From: Podospora anserina
Lineage: Eukaryota
Length of the DNA stretch: 64,000 nucleotides
NCBI GenBank assembly: GCA_017654855.1
Contig: CM030338.1
Coordinates: 558,001-622,000 of the forward strand
Direction of reading: 5' to 3'
Positions 1 to 13,159 of this stretch are shown piece by piece. The translations under genes and the position numbers were made by a program. Within the stretch, counting starts at the first letter, position 1, and each line of letters opens with the position of its first letter. Under the pieces are notes generated by a model. It had not been told where the DNA came from, did not search any database, and saw nothing but the letters and a program-made list of their open reading frames with translations.

Positions 1-62
1 AGGAGGAGGAGGAGGGTCGCGAGTCTGAAGGTGTAATGCAAAAGAGTGGAAGGGTGTATCAT
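1..62 (-). CDS. 5' end of a possible secreted protein running off the window
   Basis: ATG at 62 reads MIHPSTLLHYTFRLATLLLL, signal-peptide-like; only 20 codons visible. Confidence 0.3.
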   Translation of the reverse strand, partial: MIHPSTLLHYTFRLATLLLL

Positions 63-480
63 GACCTCTTTGGATATGGAATGTGAGGCTGGATAATGAC
101 TGGAGTTACGGAGTTGGATAAGCATGCGGTTGTCACCTTGTGAGTCGTTGGGGTCTTGGGCTAATGATACCTACGGTACTTTGTTGGATAGCAGATTAGC
201 CATCGGCTGACATCTCTTTATTGTTGTTAATACTTAATAAACATACTCATCTCCTGAACATCATCACATGCGCCGGTGACAATAACTCGGGGCAACAAAG
301 AAAGTTGTAATAATTGGTACGAATGAAATTAGATTGGTTCTTATCGATCCTGTCCCATGACTTTTGTCTAGGGCTTTTTGCGATGTAGGGCTCGGCCGTT
401 GAGCAAGGTGTGCCAGGCCTTCAGGAATATTTCCTGGTTGCTTTACATCTGCTGGCTAGGTATGCTGTCCACGCTCCCCT

Positions 481-805
481 TACCTCTTTTTGGAAGGGGC
501 GGACATGCTCTCCAACATGTTGCTCAGAGTACGGATGTTCTTCTGAGACTTTTGAAAGTCGTACTTGGGGGCTTACCGTTGGGGGTAGAAACAGGAGGGA
601 GGCTGGCAAGCATGTTTCCAAGCTTGCTGAGGTTCTGTCTGCCCTGCTGGACGTTGTACTTGGCAGGCTGGGGCCTGGGGCCGTACGAAACCTGAGCGGG
701 AGGCCCGGCCCAAGACTGACTCTGCTTCGTCGTGTTACTCCTCGAACACTTGGCTGAGTCCCGAGTTGGGTTGAGCAGGTTGCTGATGTTCATTCTGAAA
801 GACAT
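481..805 (-). CDS. small hypothetical protein with two pseudo-repeats (one frameshift)
   Basis: ORF 524-805 starts MSFRMNISNLLNP; adding one base to the homopolymer at 567-571 continues into PKYDFQKSQKNIRTLSNMLESM, similar to upstream AKYNVQQGRQNLSKLGNMLASL. Confidence 0.4.
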
Positions 806-1904
806 CTTTGGTTATGGTGTCGGTAGGGACTGACTTGGTTGGGTATATATATATACACATATTCGTTGACAAATGGAATAGATGGTTGTGATTGATTGAC
901 TGAGGTGCGTTGGCCTGAAGAATTGAATTTGATGGTGAACTAGAGGGCTCTATATATCTACTTCGAGTCACAAAGAATCATGTCCCGTGGCAGTAGAGGA
1001 TCGCTTGAACATAGGAGTTGTTCTTTAAAATAGCGGTTACAACAAAGGAGCCCTCCGCAAATAAGGATTTCCTTTTTTGCAAGGAAAGATATTGTAATCG
1101 TCAAATAGGAAAGACAAAGGCACGTTCTTCTCATAGTAACAAGTCTATTATCGGCATCAGTAACTTGCAAGGAACTGCATCTTAGCTGATCCTCAAGCTA
1201 TGCTACCTGTTATTTGGACTGCCTTTCCTTGGAAGATCGTTCGATCATGTCTAGACCAACTTACAACCATGAGAGTCGTTGCACTTTTAATTTTAAAGCA
1301 AATACTTTATCGGCTCAGTTTCGATCTTAGCTGCAGCTGTTGGATCCGCAGCCCGTACGTTCCATAAGGCCGCCCCCCTTTTTACCCCTTTCAGTCCGGA
1401 TGGTTCAACGTCCCTGCATCATGCTACATCTAGTACGGACCATGGATATGAATGGTAAGAATGCGGGGCACTGATACCCACCAAGTCGCACACGAGGTGA
1501 CACTGCAGGCTGTTGACGAACAAGCCCAGGGGATGCAGCTTATGATTTGACAGTTAGCAGTCATATTCTACCATCTCTTCCTTTGACATAGGTAAAAGTG
1601 AGCTGTAAGTGCAAGCGAACCAAGAAATATGGTTGGCTTGGAATTTAATGCAACCTCACATGATGGCTAACCGTTCTGTCGCGAGATGGGCGACTACTTG
1701 AAGCCTCATTCACACACCGAGCGTTTCTCAGCCCCCCGTTCCACTGATTCAGTCGTACATCACCGCTGATGTCTGGTCATTCCGGTTTGGCTCCCCAGTC
1801 CCTTCCAGAGATCAAGTCTCACTGCTCATCCATAAAACCCTCTTTGTCCTCATCACGGTTCCTGCATCCATTAACCTCCTGTAATCATGCCCACAGCAGC
1901 TAAC

Positions 1905-2480
1905 ATGACCCGCCTTTTTGTCTCTGTACTTGCGCTCTTTCTTGCCAGGTAGCATCCCCCTTCAAGAACTACATATTTCATCGCAGACTAATCTCGAGCA
2001 GCACCCTCGCAAATAAAATCTCCACACCACGCAGGGCCGGCTGCTCCTCATTCACCACCCGCTACAGCACCGTAACCGAGCACTTCCCAACCGCCACCAT
2101 CACCGAAACAGACGACGGACACTCCCCGCCAACCACAATGGAGACGACCAGCCTACCTAACTACTGCACATTCACCGGCACCCAGACTTTCTACTCCAGC
2201 AGCGGGTGCGATCTAACCTGCTCGACTGGCTTTTGTATCATTGATGGTAAATTTGCTATCTCTGCTGACCCGGTGAATGGAGAGTAGGTGTGCTGATGAC
2301 AAGAAAATAGCTGCCGCCACCAGGTCATGCGGCTGTTCGAGCGTCGAGATTGAAATAGTGACGACGACGGTGTGCCCGACCAGGACGCCTTGCTATCAGT
2401 GTTATACCGGGTGGGGGACGTTCTTTTATGATTTGCCTTGTCCTACTTCTGTGCCGGTGCCTACTGGCTACGGGGTGTAA
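1905..2480 (+). CDS. small secreted Cys/Thr-rich protein, 3 exons
   Basis: Signal peptide MTRLFVSVLALFLAS; GT..AG introns ~1949-2001 and ~2247-2310; Cys-rich C-terminus (CDLTCSTGFC, SCGC, CPTRTPCYQC); alternative ATG at 1887. Confidence 0.7.
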
Positions 2481-2936
2481 GATACGGGATGTGTATATAG
2501 AGAACAATAAGGGGCAAGGGGTCGTTCTTGTGGGGATTGGAATCTAGAATGGTGCTGATGCTGTGTGGAGACAGGGGTCAATAGGGGTAAATAGGGGCCA
2601 AGCTTACTCTGTCAATAGGTAGTCATCTTAGTGTTCTTTGCAAGCCGTCTTTTATTTTTTTCTCTACGCCACTGGTTTACAGAAAGCAAGGAACTACCAC
2701 GGAAAGCTTAGGGATTGAATGAAAAGGGACGAGTCCGCTCAGACCTCCTATGGTGGCGCGCAACACCACTGACCTCGACATTGCGTCACCTACACGTCGT
2801 ACTCTGGAAATGGCTTTCCTCCGATTTCTAGTCTTTACAGGAGACGGTTTCGGTTAAAGTGATAGGGTATATGATTTGTGTTAAATTATTTGGCTTTACT
2901 TCACCACTCCAGCATAGGTACACCACCGACGCCAGC

Positions 2937-3387
2937 ATGAACCGTGTCATCCTCCGCCCAGTTCAACGCAGCTTCATGGCCGGTACCGGCTGCATGCCTC
3001 CGCTGCTTCCTCCTATCCGTCCCATTTCTGGCGTTTCCATCAAGAGAAGCATGGCATTTGTCACTCGTAAACCAGGCTCAACCTACATTCCCAAATTCAG
3101 ACCTGGAGATAACAAGTAGGTCATGACAGAGGTCAGGGCTGTTTCTTGAATAGGCAGGCACTGACCAGCTCTGCATTAGACTGACAACTCTAATCGGCGC
3201 CATCTTCGTGCTTGGCGGTATCTACGTCTTTCAGTCTGGACGTGGCTTTCCCAACGGGGATGTAGCGGAGAAGTACCTGCCAAAGGATGTTGGGAACCAT
3301 CGACAGGGAACGGTGAACAAGGACTACAAGGCTTACAATGCTTGGGTCACTGAAGGGAAGAAGTCATCATCTGTTGGCAAAAGCTGA
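2937..3387 (+). CDS. small single-pass membrane protein, probably mitochondrial
   Basis: Arg-rich, acid-free N-terminus MNRVILRPVQRSF; intron ~3116-3179 (GTAGGT..CTGAC..TAG); hydrophobic LIGAIFVLGGIYVF; TGA at 3385-3387. Confidence 0.6.
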
Positions 3388-3736
3388 GGGTTTGTTAGTC
3401 TGTTATCATGTTGATTTTAAGCATTGTGAATAAAAAAAAGGTTTGGCATTCTACACACATGTCGACAGAAACTCGCTAGCAAATTGGGCAAGTTTTGTTA
3501 TATAGGTTCATACTTCTGCCGGCGAATCTAGTATCAAATGTGAAATGTATCCAAGGTAGCTACTCTTAGAACAGGAAAGAAAGTAGGGCCGAGGCTATGC
3601 TAGACCCGTGCGATCAATGTGAAAAAGAAATGCTGTCATCGTCTCCCACGCACCCCCACCCCTCCGTTCAGAATCGTCCAGATCCCGCCCTCACGCCCAC
3701 CCGTTTGCTTGTCAAGACTGACTAGGGTGCTAGCCC

Positions 3737-4356
3737 TTAGCAGAAACCGACATTGGGGAGGGTGTAACCGTAGCTCACTGTCCCCTGGCCAAACGAGAAC
3801 CAGCCTGGAGTCGTGGTGCCGCAGTGGCTAGTAGTTTGACCGAGAAAGTTGTGGATCTCATTGCGGCGGCAGGTCGTTCCTCTGTCTCCCTGGTAGTTGC
3901 AGCCATATGCAAAGGCACCATTCACGCCTGCGTTGGATGTTAGTTGGAATGACACCACTTCGATTGATGAAAAGGATATTGTATTGACTTACTCGACAAA
4001 ACCCTCGGTGCGTTGAAAAACCAACCGTCGCCACAACCGTTGGCGAGCGCGTTGATAGCGTTCTGGCGGTTATTGGAATCAAGCCATCCGGCTCGGTCGT
4101 AGTCGCAGTGAGGGCCAAAACTGCCCTGGCGCTTGTGCAGCGAGGCCACTTCGGCAGGCGCGGTGATGTTCACATCTGCGACACGCTCAAAGGCGACTGA
4201 TCCATCATCGGCCAGCTTTTCGATGTAGATACCATCTGGAAGACCCTCAGGCAACCCAGCCTTAGCCACGTTACTGGCACTGGCCTCGGTGGGGAGAGCG
4301 AGGGCAGTGTTGAAAGCGGCCAAGGCGGCAAGAACAGAGGAGAATGAGGCCTTCAT
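3737..4356 (-). CDS. secreted Kex2-processed small protein with 6 Cys (effector/antimicrobial-like)
   Basis: Signal peptide, prodomain ending LHKR; intron ~3929-3991 (GTAAGT..CTAAC..CAG) joins ORFs 3940-4356 and 3737-3958. Confidence 0.8.
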
Positions 4357-5197
4357 TTTGATGGAAAGGACTTGGTTGTTTGGTCGCCGAGAAGATTGCT
4401 GTTAGGCTGGTGGGCGATGAGGTTGTAGGTGTTGTGAAGAAAGAAGAGCAGTTGAGAGAGACGGGATACGGGGCTCTTATACTTGGAGTTTCTGTTCTAC
4501 GATGCAAGTTCAGCCTATCCACCATCTCTGAAATGGGAAGTTGTAAACGAACAAGGTGGGAACTGAGCCTTGTCGTCTCCTTGATTCAGTGATTCGTACA
4601 GTGGCTCCTAAAGCCGAGCATCTACAACAGCTCACCTACATGCCCAGTTGCTGACGAAAACGACTGACTGGAGTCAATATCATGATATCTCACAAAGGCA
4701 AGTGAGCAAGTGGACCAGTGGTAGGGCCTTGGCATCAGCATGTAGTTACTCCAGTGAAAAGATTCAGCAGCTCGTAACTCCCTTTTTGGTTCTACGCTGC
4801 AGGAACATCAGCACCACTGTGGACTAAGCAAGGAGGGAGTCTGCATGATGACATAAGGGTCGAAAAGGGCTGTTCGTGAAGTGTCAGCTTGCCATCCCGG
4901 GCATGTACGCAAGACGCTAATCTCATAACCGAGAGCTTTGAGATTGTAGCGAAGGGCGACGTTATGCACTTCTATTATAAATCCTAGACCCGCTTGATCA
5001 GTCAGGTTCTTACTCAGTGCCGTTGGGAAACCTTATGTAACCTCAGACTGACCGACTACCTAACCTAGTTAGTTCTTCAACAGCCGAGGCATGACCTGGC
5101 CCAGTGCCTCCCTGGCCCAGTAATCCTATATTATCAAACTCTTACCCCTATTGGCACTTGCAGGATCAAATGAAGGCTCTCACAGGTCGCAAGTCCA

Positions 5198-8100
5198 TTA
5201 TGCAGACCGAGGGTTGTTGTTTGGGTCGCCAAATAATAGCCCTAGCTCTTCTTCGGACAACCGGTTCGGTCCATGCCATGGTTGTACAGAAGGGAAGCCA
5301 TATACTCTGGGAATAGAAATTGCAAGATCCATAGGGGTTTTGTTATCATTGTTCAGTGTATTCCGTGAACAACCCGAGTTCGTGAGCAACTTGGCCATTT
5401 CCCCGCTCAACTGTGCGTCTTGATCACCTCGACTGAAATAAAAGGCGGCGTAATGCAAGGCGTTCCATCCATTGGAACCGACAGCGTTCACATCAACCCC
5501 ACCTGCGATGATGCGGGCCGCAGCTCTCGGGTATAAGTTCATGACTGCATGATGAAGGGGTGTTCTTTGGTCTTTGTCTCGAAGATTCGGGTCGGCTCCA
5601 TGACGGAGAAGATGGTCACACACTGTTTCAAGTACTTCGTCAAGGGAAGACTCTGCCAAACCCTGCGGTCCATCTACACAGGCTTGAGGGTAACCGCCAT
5701 GGTCGCAGTGCCCAGCACTGTCTCGATGTGTTTTGGGGTCCCTGAAGAGCGTTGTATGCTGTGTAGGAAGGGCGTTGATCTCGGCAGCACGTGCCGTCAG
5801 TTTCATCAAGAGGGCGTCATAGTAAGGCCAGAACTCTTTCATCGTCTTCAAATTGTCGATGGCCGTTTGCAAAGCCCCGTCCCCGTACGACTTCACGAGG
5901 TGAACCACCAAGCGATCAATCATTTCGACACCGTCTCTCTCCAAGGTAGCCAAGCATCCACCGTCGACGGTCTCGTTCTGGCGCTCAAGATCGGCGCCGG
6001 ACTGTAAGAGTTCGTCCAACAACAATGAATCATGCGCCGCGCTCCTGTCAAATGCTGTTATCAGACCCCCTGTGGGACTGGGAGCACCTCCCACGTCATC
6101 AGGGTGCACGCCTCTCTCCAATAAGGCAAGAACACCCGTAGCAAGACGATTTCGAATCATGTAGCCCAGGACAGTCTCTTCGTTCCTGCGCATTCTTCTC
6201 CATGCGTTGGACTGCGGATGCTGGAGCCTGTCGAGGAGCCGTGGATTCCACGCCTGATACATCTCAACACCCCTAAAATAATCATCAAGAGCCCAGAGAG
6301 TGTGTAGGTGAATTATTTTGACTGTGGTGGTGAGCTCAGAGTGTTCAGGCAGGTCGAGTGCGTTGAGGCAACCTGTGACAAGCGCCATATATCCACGGCC
6401 TAGGGGGTTTTGCTGCAGCGAGCTGTCAAGCAGTCCGAAGCCCGGGCCTGTAAGGAAGAACTCCCTGACTGTTTCGTGAACAAACTGTACACGGCCGTCG
6501 GCATTGTACTCAATCAAACCGCGCGACGTGCTGTTGATAAGCCTGAGGATTCGATCTGTAGGTGGCGGAGCGGCAGGGTGAATGTATCCCCAATCTGACA
6601 AATTTTGCCTGGTTGGAGCTCCGCTGATGCTGGACAATCGGACCGCCAGATGAAGAAATCGAATTCCTCCCTCAGCTCGGGTTCTGGGAATCTTGGGAGG
6701 GGCGTCTGAAGAGTGACCGTTTCCGGTTCGTGGCAAGTAGTCCTTATGAAGTAGTACCCATTGAATGAGGGGCACGGAGAATGTAAGCTCGTCAGGGGTG
6801 AGGCTGCGGAAGAGTTGGTGGTATAAGTCCTCCATGTCTTTCGGTACACCCTTCACTCTCTTGGCCACTTTGCTCATGGGTTGCCCGGAATTGATATCTC
6901 GCACAACAAGCTCCACCACCAAAACGACCCAGAGAAAAACACCTGACGCCATTTCCTCCAGGAACGCTTGAATCGCATGTGCTTCGTTTCTCTCGCTAGC
7001 GGGGATAAAACGCAACTTGTCTCGGATGTATGTTGAGATATCAGAGTCATTGTGTGCCTCGACAACGACTTCTGGGCAGTTGAGAATCCTGATGGCCGGA
7101 TAATGTCTGCTTGAGAGGCAGATGTTGAGCAAGACTTCGCCTTCCAATGCGGTTTGTGCAAGCCGATCAATGAAGTAGACGGCTTCGCGTACGCTTTCTT
7201 CGCTGCACTCATCAAGAGCATCAATGAAGATGAACGTGCGCCGGGTACTGCTTTCTTTGAATGCTTTCTCAAAAAAGCTCTCCAGCTCCAGCCCTGACCA
7301 TGGAAGATAACTGCCACCATCGCAACTCTGCCTTCTCTGGTAGGTCTGGGAGAATGTGGCCAAGATTTGGCAGTCCTGGAGGCATAGTTGGTGGAGGACT
7401 GACCGAAGGAGACCAAGAGGCGACTTTTCCATGGCATTCCCACGAGCATTGAAGTAGAAGCTCGCAACATTGCTGCGACTCCCCTCAAGACATTCCAGCT
7501 GAGCAAGTGCGTATTTCATCACCGTGGATTTTCCGGCTCCTGGCTTTCCTTTCAACCACAGAAGCCCGCGGTCGGTTGAAGCTCTCTTTCTCGAGTACCA
7601 AGTTTGGAAAACACTGGAATGGTAAAACCACTCGCATGTTTTTGGTATGGCATTCTTGATCGTCCGTTGTCTGCTAAACATTGCTTCATAGTAGAGACTG
7701 CCCAAACACTCCTCTGGAAAGGTTGATTAGCGACTCGAAGGATTTCAGAAAATGATTATGGGATGTCGCTTACTTTTCTCCTCCTCAGATATGCTCAAAT
7801 TTGACTTGACACTGGCGGAGTTTATCCCCCTTTGGATTTCTCCCAGCACCTTGAGGTAATTTGGATCATCTCGCCCGCTGAATTTGGTCATGTTTCGATG
7901 GTCTGCATGTATAACTTCTGCATGCTCTCGGGGGTCATCGAGTAACGACGATGTATCCGGCACTATCTGTCAGTCGAGTTAGCCCACATCCATAGCCCTG
8001 TGAGGTTCAGCATGAAAATAGGTACCTTTCCATTCAAAAGACCGAGGTTTGCACCCGACAAGGCTTGGCTTTCCTGAAAGGTTTTGACCAGAAACCCATA

Positions 8101-8906
8101 TGTGCGCCATTGTTGGAGAAATGACTCCCGGGAGAGTTCTAGCTCTGGTGAATCAAGGCCCAGAGCTCGAATAATTGTCTCGTTACTGTCCACTCTCAGG
8201 ATGGTGCTGGCGACCTTTCTGACCATGTCTCCAAGTCGTGCAAATTCATGACTACCTCTATGCGGTGTGCCTAGGAATATCACAGCTGCTGTCGACTGGA
8301 TGATATTCTGAATGTGCGAATCTTCGTCGGCCTGCGATCGTCGCAACATTTCTTTGACGATCAAGCCTCCCAGTGAATGCGCGACGAACACGATCTTTCG
8401 GTCTTGAGGTCTTATTCGGTTGAGGGCATAAAGGAGGTTTTTCGCATGTCCAAACAAACTGGACTTGTCGGTTGGTGCATAGCCTTTGCTGATAACTGTA
8501 TCGTAACCCCACACCATGATTCTTGCATTCGGGCAGTCTGGCGGGAGCAAATCCCCTGGCCAATACACACCATCGTCAACAGACGATGATGCGACTGATG
8601 GCCCCGCATTGCCAACGGGGGCGGAGCTACCAGATTTCGGACTCATAAGCTCAGCAAGTGCTCCTTTCCAACGTTTCCGCGACGAGCTATCACGCCGCTG
8701 ATCTTGGGTCCTCGACGTATATAACCAGGTTCGTTTTGGGTGACCTTGAAGGCCATGAACAAGTATGATGCTGCGATACTCAGTATTCAACATGGGACTA
8801 ACATCCAGGCCTAGACTTACTCTGCTACAGGGCTGCCGTTACTCGTCTCTCCTTGTACAGGGTGTAGGATTGTGAAACCTTGAGCTTGAATTTTGTCAAG
8901 GGCCAT
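5198..8906 (-). CDS. NLR-like protein: SesB-type alpha/beta hydrolase + NACHT + ankyrin repeats
   Basis: IILVHGLQG, VAHSLGG, FLGTPHRGS, ADHRNMTKF; Walker A GKPGAGKS, Walker B FIFIDALDEC; ankyrin TPLHHA, NALHYAA; introns ~8772-8820, ~7964-8025, ~7715-7773. Confidence 0.88.
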
Positions 8907-9905
8907 GGTGGACGGGTATCAGCAGCTTCCCGATGATGTTTATTTTGGTTAAAACTCAACCGAAAACGGGAACTTGAGGTAGGTATTGGTGTAAGTGATT
9001 GGGGGGGGGGGGCGACTCAATCCCCAAAAGCCGAAATGGCAGTTGAGAAGTAACCTGTATAGGGCTTGTGCCATGAATGCAATGCAACCTGACACGGTCG
9101 AATGAAATGCGTTCTTTGTGACCAAGGTTACTATGCAGTCTACTCCTCCGAAGGGAACGGTCGACATAAACGCAATTCCGTGGATAAGTACTCCGTAGAA
9201 GGTTCAACTTGGCCCCCACCCACCCTCATCTATTTATTTATCTGTGCCAGTCAGTTGCATCTGTACCGGGACTGGACCGGATGCCCCGTCACCAATCACA
9301 ACACTCATAATCTGTGAGTGAAATAAGATCACCAGCCGATCATACCACATAGAAGTGGCTACAACCACCCATGTGTAATTGGGCCTTATCTATGGACGCT
9401 CTATCTCGGCCCCCAATTCATCTTTCTGGGCACCCACCACCTGATGTTGTAGTAGAACTTGATAGCTCATGACATTCCTCGAATTGGAGGAAAGAAAAGT
9501 GCCTCTGTACTGAAGTTGTGAGGCCGTATCTTGAACCCAAGGTAGGTTCGAGACCTGCTGGCGTCAACCTGTGGGGATGCGGGGGATAGTACAGTGGTCA
9601 CAAAGTAGAAGGCTGGGCAGCCGAGCTTCGTTAGGTTTCCCAAGGCTTGGATGGTCTTCTATGTGAACAACGCATCATGAAAACTATGACAGTATCCCAG
9701 CTTTCATTGGAAATTACCTACTTAGCAACTCCATCAACTCTTCAACCACCATTTTTGTGGTCATTTCTACCATCAGAAACGTAGCTTGTCTTGGCACTGA
9801 GCCAACACGCGCACAGACCACCGTCAATGACCTCATCGAAGCTATTCCCACCCTTTTTTCCCCTCCTTCAACACACTTTGTCAACAAACAGCCCCCTCCT
9901 CAACC

Positions 9906-10943
9906 ATGGCGACCACCCCCTCCAACAAAATGCGCCCAAAGCCCCATCTCCCACCCAACCTCCCCTCCCTCGTCGCAACCGCCTTCTCCCGCTCCGTCGC
10001 CACCAAAACCGTCAACTTCTACCCCACCTCCGTCACCCTTCTAACCATCAACTCCATTCCTGTATGGTTCCCTCTCCCTTTTTCCGTACCTTCCCCTCCC
10101 TAACTAACATGTCAGTTCCAACTCCGCTACTCGCCCTCCCTAGCCTCAAAACCCAAACCCCCCAGCGTCACAACCCCCAAGCTCTTCTTCAACCCCTTCG
10201 CCTCCCCCACACAAGAAATGCTCATCACCCCTTTCGGAACGAGCCCCCCATCGCACAACCTAGTCCTCAACAAATTCGCCGTCGTCCCCGAGCACTTCAT
10301 CCTCTCCACCTCAGCCTTCAAACCCCAAACTCACCTCCTCGAAGCAGACGACTTGGCAGCTGCCTACGCGTGTATTGATGCGTACGCCCGGCACAACAAA
10401 GAGTTGTTCGTCTTCTTTAATTCAGGAGACCACAGCGGGGCGAGCCAGCCCCATCGCCATCTGCAATTGCTCCCGGTGGAGAACATGAAGGAGGGGTTGG
10501 AGGGGGAATGGGATGTTCTTGCTAAGGGATTGACAGACCCAAACACAAGGGGGAAGTTACCGTTTGAGGTTTTTGCTAGGGATATTGAAGGGTTGGGTGG
10601 TGATGGAGAGGAACTGAGGAGGGTGTATCTGGAGTTGTACAACCAAGCCTGTGAAGCAGTGTTGGGAGTAGCGGAGGATATCAAACACGAGGGCGAAGCG
10701 CAGATAAGTTACAACCTCGCCATGACAAACAACACAATGGCGGTGGTGCCGCGGTTGACAGAGGGAGGGGTGGTCAAGGATAAAGACGGGCAAGAGGTGG
10801 GAAACCTAGCGCTCAACGGGACTGTCCTCGCGGGGACGGCGCTGGTAAGGTCAGAGATGGAGTGGAATGCCCTGAGAGAGGATCCAGACCAAGTCAACCA
10901 AGTGTTGGGGAGGATAGGTGTGCCTAACCGGGCCAGGATGTAA
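9906..10943 (+). CDS. APA2: ATP adenylyltransferase / Ap4A phosphorylase
   Basis: LNKFAVVPEHFIL, FFNSGDHSGASQPHRHLQ, SYNLAMT, LNGTVLAG motifs; intron ~10062-10115. Confidence 0.88.
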
Positions 10944-11124
10944 ATACGCCCACAACTCATTATGCTAATAACTACTTCTTTTTGTCTGCCACCTTCCCGT
11001 TTTTGAACACCACTTTACATGCGTTGGATACCAAAATAGGCCAGCCACCCGTATCGGTAAATAGAAAACAATGTCATGAAAGGAAACACACCGAGCAACT
11101 CATTCAGCAGCACAAAAAGACACA

Positions 11125-13159
11125 TCACTCACGACCATACCGACAACCACCCCCTTGCCCCCGCAGCATGTCCCCAAAAGCCGCTCTCATGACTCTGGTA
11201 TTCTGCTCAAAGAACGGCACCCTGGGATCCTTGCCCAGCGCCGTCTGCTCCCCCACCAACTCATCCCACTTCTTGCGGCAAGTCGAATTACCAAAGTGAT
11301 AGCTGCCCCCGTTCTGGACAATATACTCGGCCACCTTCTTCCACGGAACCTTGGTCGACTGTGGGCCATCCGAATTATTGTCACGAATCGAGGTAGGGGG
11401 TGATAGCTCGCGGACACCTCGCTCGAGAAGGATCAACTGGTATTTCACATGTACATCAGCCTCAAACCTTTGTTGTTGAAGCCCAAAAAAACTTACATCC
11501 ATCTCGGACCACTCCGGCTTCCTCACCCTCTCCTCCCTACTCTTGGTCAGAGCACGATACCGGCCTCGGAGAGTCGACTCGGCCTCAGTGTAGCCACCCT
11601 CCTGGCGGATTTGCTTGTACGTCATTCCCTTTTGCCGGCTGGCGATAAGGAACTCGTCCTTGGCCTTGCGATCGGCCAACTCGGCCTCGGTCACTTCTTC
11701 GCCGGCTTCGTACAAGGATGGACTCGGACCTGGCGTAGACTGAGAACGAGTGCGAGGGTTCGGTGTCAAGGCTGGCAGAGCTGCGGGATGTCTCGGTTTG
11801 GCGGCCAGCTTGCTGGTCTTTCTGACTGAAGGTGACATGGGCTCGGCTGAGCTCTTTGACCGGCGAGACTTGCTTCCTTGAGGGGTGGCCGGTTTTTCAT
11901 TGCTCTTGAGCACGGCAGCTGCCAGTAGGCGTGGCACCGGTCGGTCAGGTAGAGTCTTGCGTCCTTTGGACGGGCGGTGTTGCTCGGCAATTTCCATGGG
12001 ATGAGAGGACGTAGCAAAAGAGGACGAGGCAATAGAGGACGAGTCCGCCAGAAAGCTTGTTCGGATGGACTCGGACGATGAGGCATGGGGAAGATCAGAG
12101 TCGCAGGCACAGGATTGAAACATGGGCAGATGATTGTGTACCGAGTTCGGGTTCCAGATCCAAGCATCGGCTTGGTGTGGGGAAGCAGGTCTAATGCACG
12201 GAAGCGTCTTGTTCCCGAGGTGCTCTTTCGATGCTGGCCAGGGGGATCGAAGAGGTTCGCTGCTGTCTCTCATAGCCATGGCTTCCAACATGTCTGACGC
12301 GCCAGTTGACGAGAAGCTGCCGCTGGAGGAATCGTAAAGCATATTTGGAAATGGGTTGCTGAGATAGTCGAAGTCATCATCCTCCGACATCGCACTTGGA
12401 GCAGAGAATGGGAGGTCTTGCAGAGGAAGTCCATGACCCAGCCCATGGTCCGTTTGTGGGAGCGTGTTGTGGCCCAAGGTGTAGTGATGGCTCTGATTGT
12501 AGTCCATCATCACAGCGTTGGCTCCGAACCCGGTCTCTTGATCCCAGTGGTCTCCACCATGAGAAGAGACAAACGAAGTTACCGCGGCCGGTCCACCGCT
12601 CTGTTGCCAATAGGAGGGGTTGGAGAGGCCCTGTTCAGAAAGAAGGTTTGCGGTGGTCGACTCATGCCAGTTTGTCCTCGGATCTGTTGGCTGAGACTGA
12701 GGGTGGGAATAATGTGAAACTGAAACATAAGGTGAAGAGCGATTCAAACCAGTCTGTTCGTCTGCTGCCTGTTTTCGATCAAAGTCGCACCTGTCAGTCG
12801 TCCAGTTTTACAGACGGGGCAGCAACAAAGAACTTGAAAAAGAAAAACAAAAAAAAGAACGAGCGACAACAAGATGACAAAACAATCAGACGTACCAGAA
12901 AAGTCGCACTGTTGCCTATGCTGCCTGATCGCATGGGAAAAGCTCTCTGATGGTAAATCCCAAGGCCAGAAGGTGGCGAGTGCTGGGATCCACTCTCATC
13001 GACCCCGTTGGTGTTGAGCAGCGAGGTCGTGTTGAAAGACATGTCGTGGGGCATGAGGAGCTGTGGTGTTTTAGCGATGTCTGACTTGAATTCTGCTGCC
13101 CAAGCTGCAGAAGGAAGAAGGTCCTGTACAGGCCAGAGCATATCTACCTGGGGTCTCAT
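11125..13159 (-). CDS. fungal protein with C-terminal Myb/SANT-like domain
   Basis: GMTYKQIR..AESTLRGRYRALTK..RVRKPEW and VPWKKVAEYI..FGNSTCRKKW; low-complexity N-terminus; introns near 11440-11495 and 12770-12895; start uncertain. Confidence 0.7.

Noticed and set aside
9001-9012. G12 run upstream of the NLR
   Set aside because: Simple homopolymer with no supporting structure
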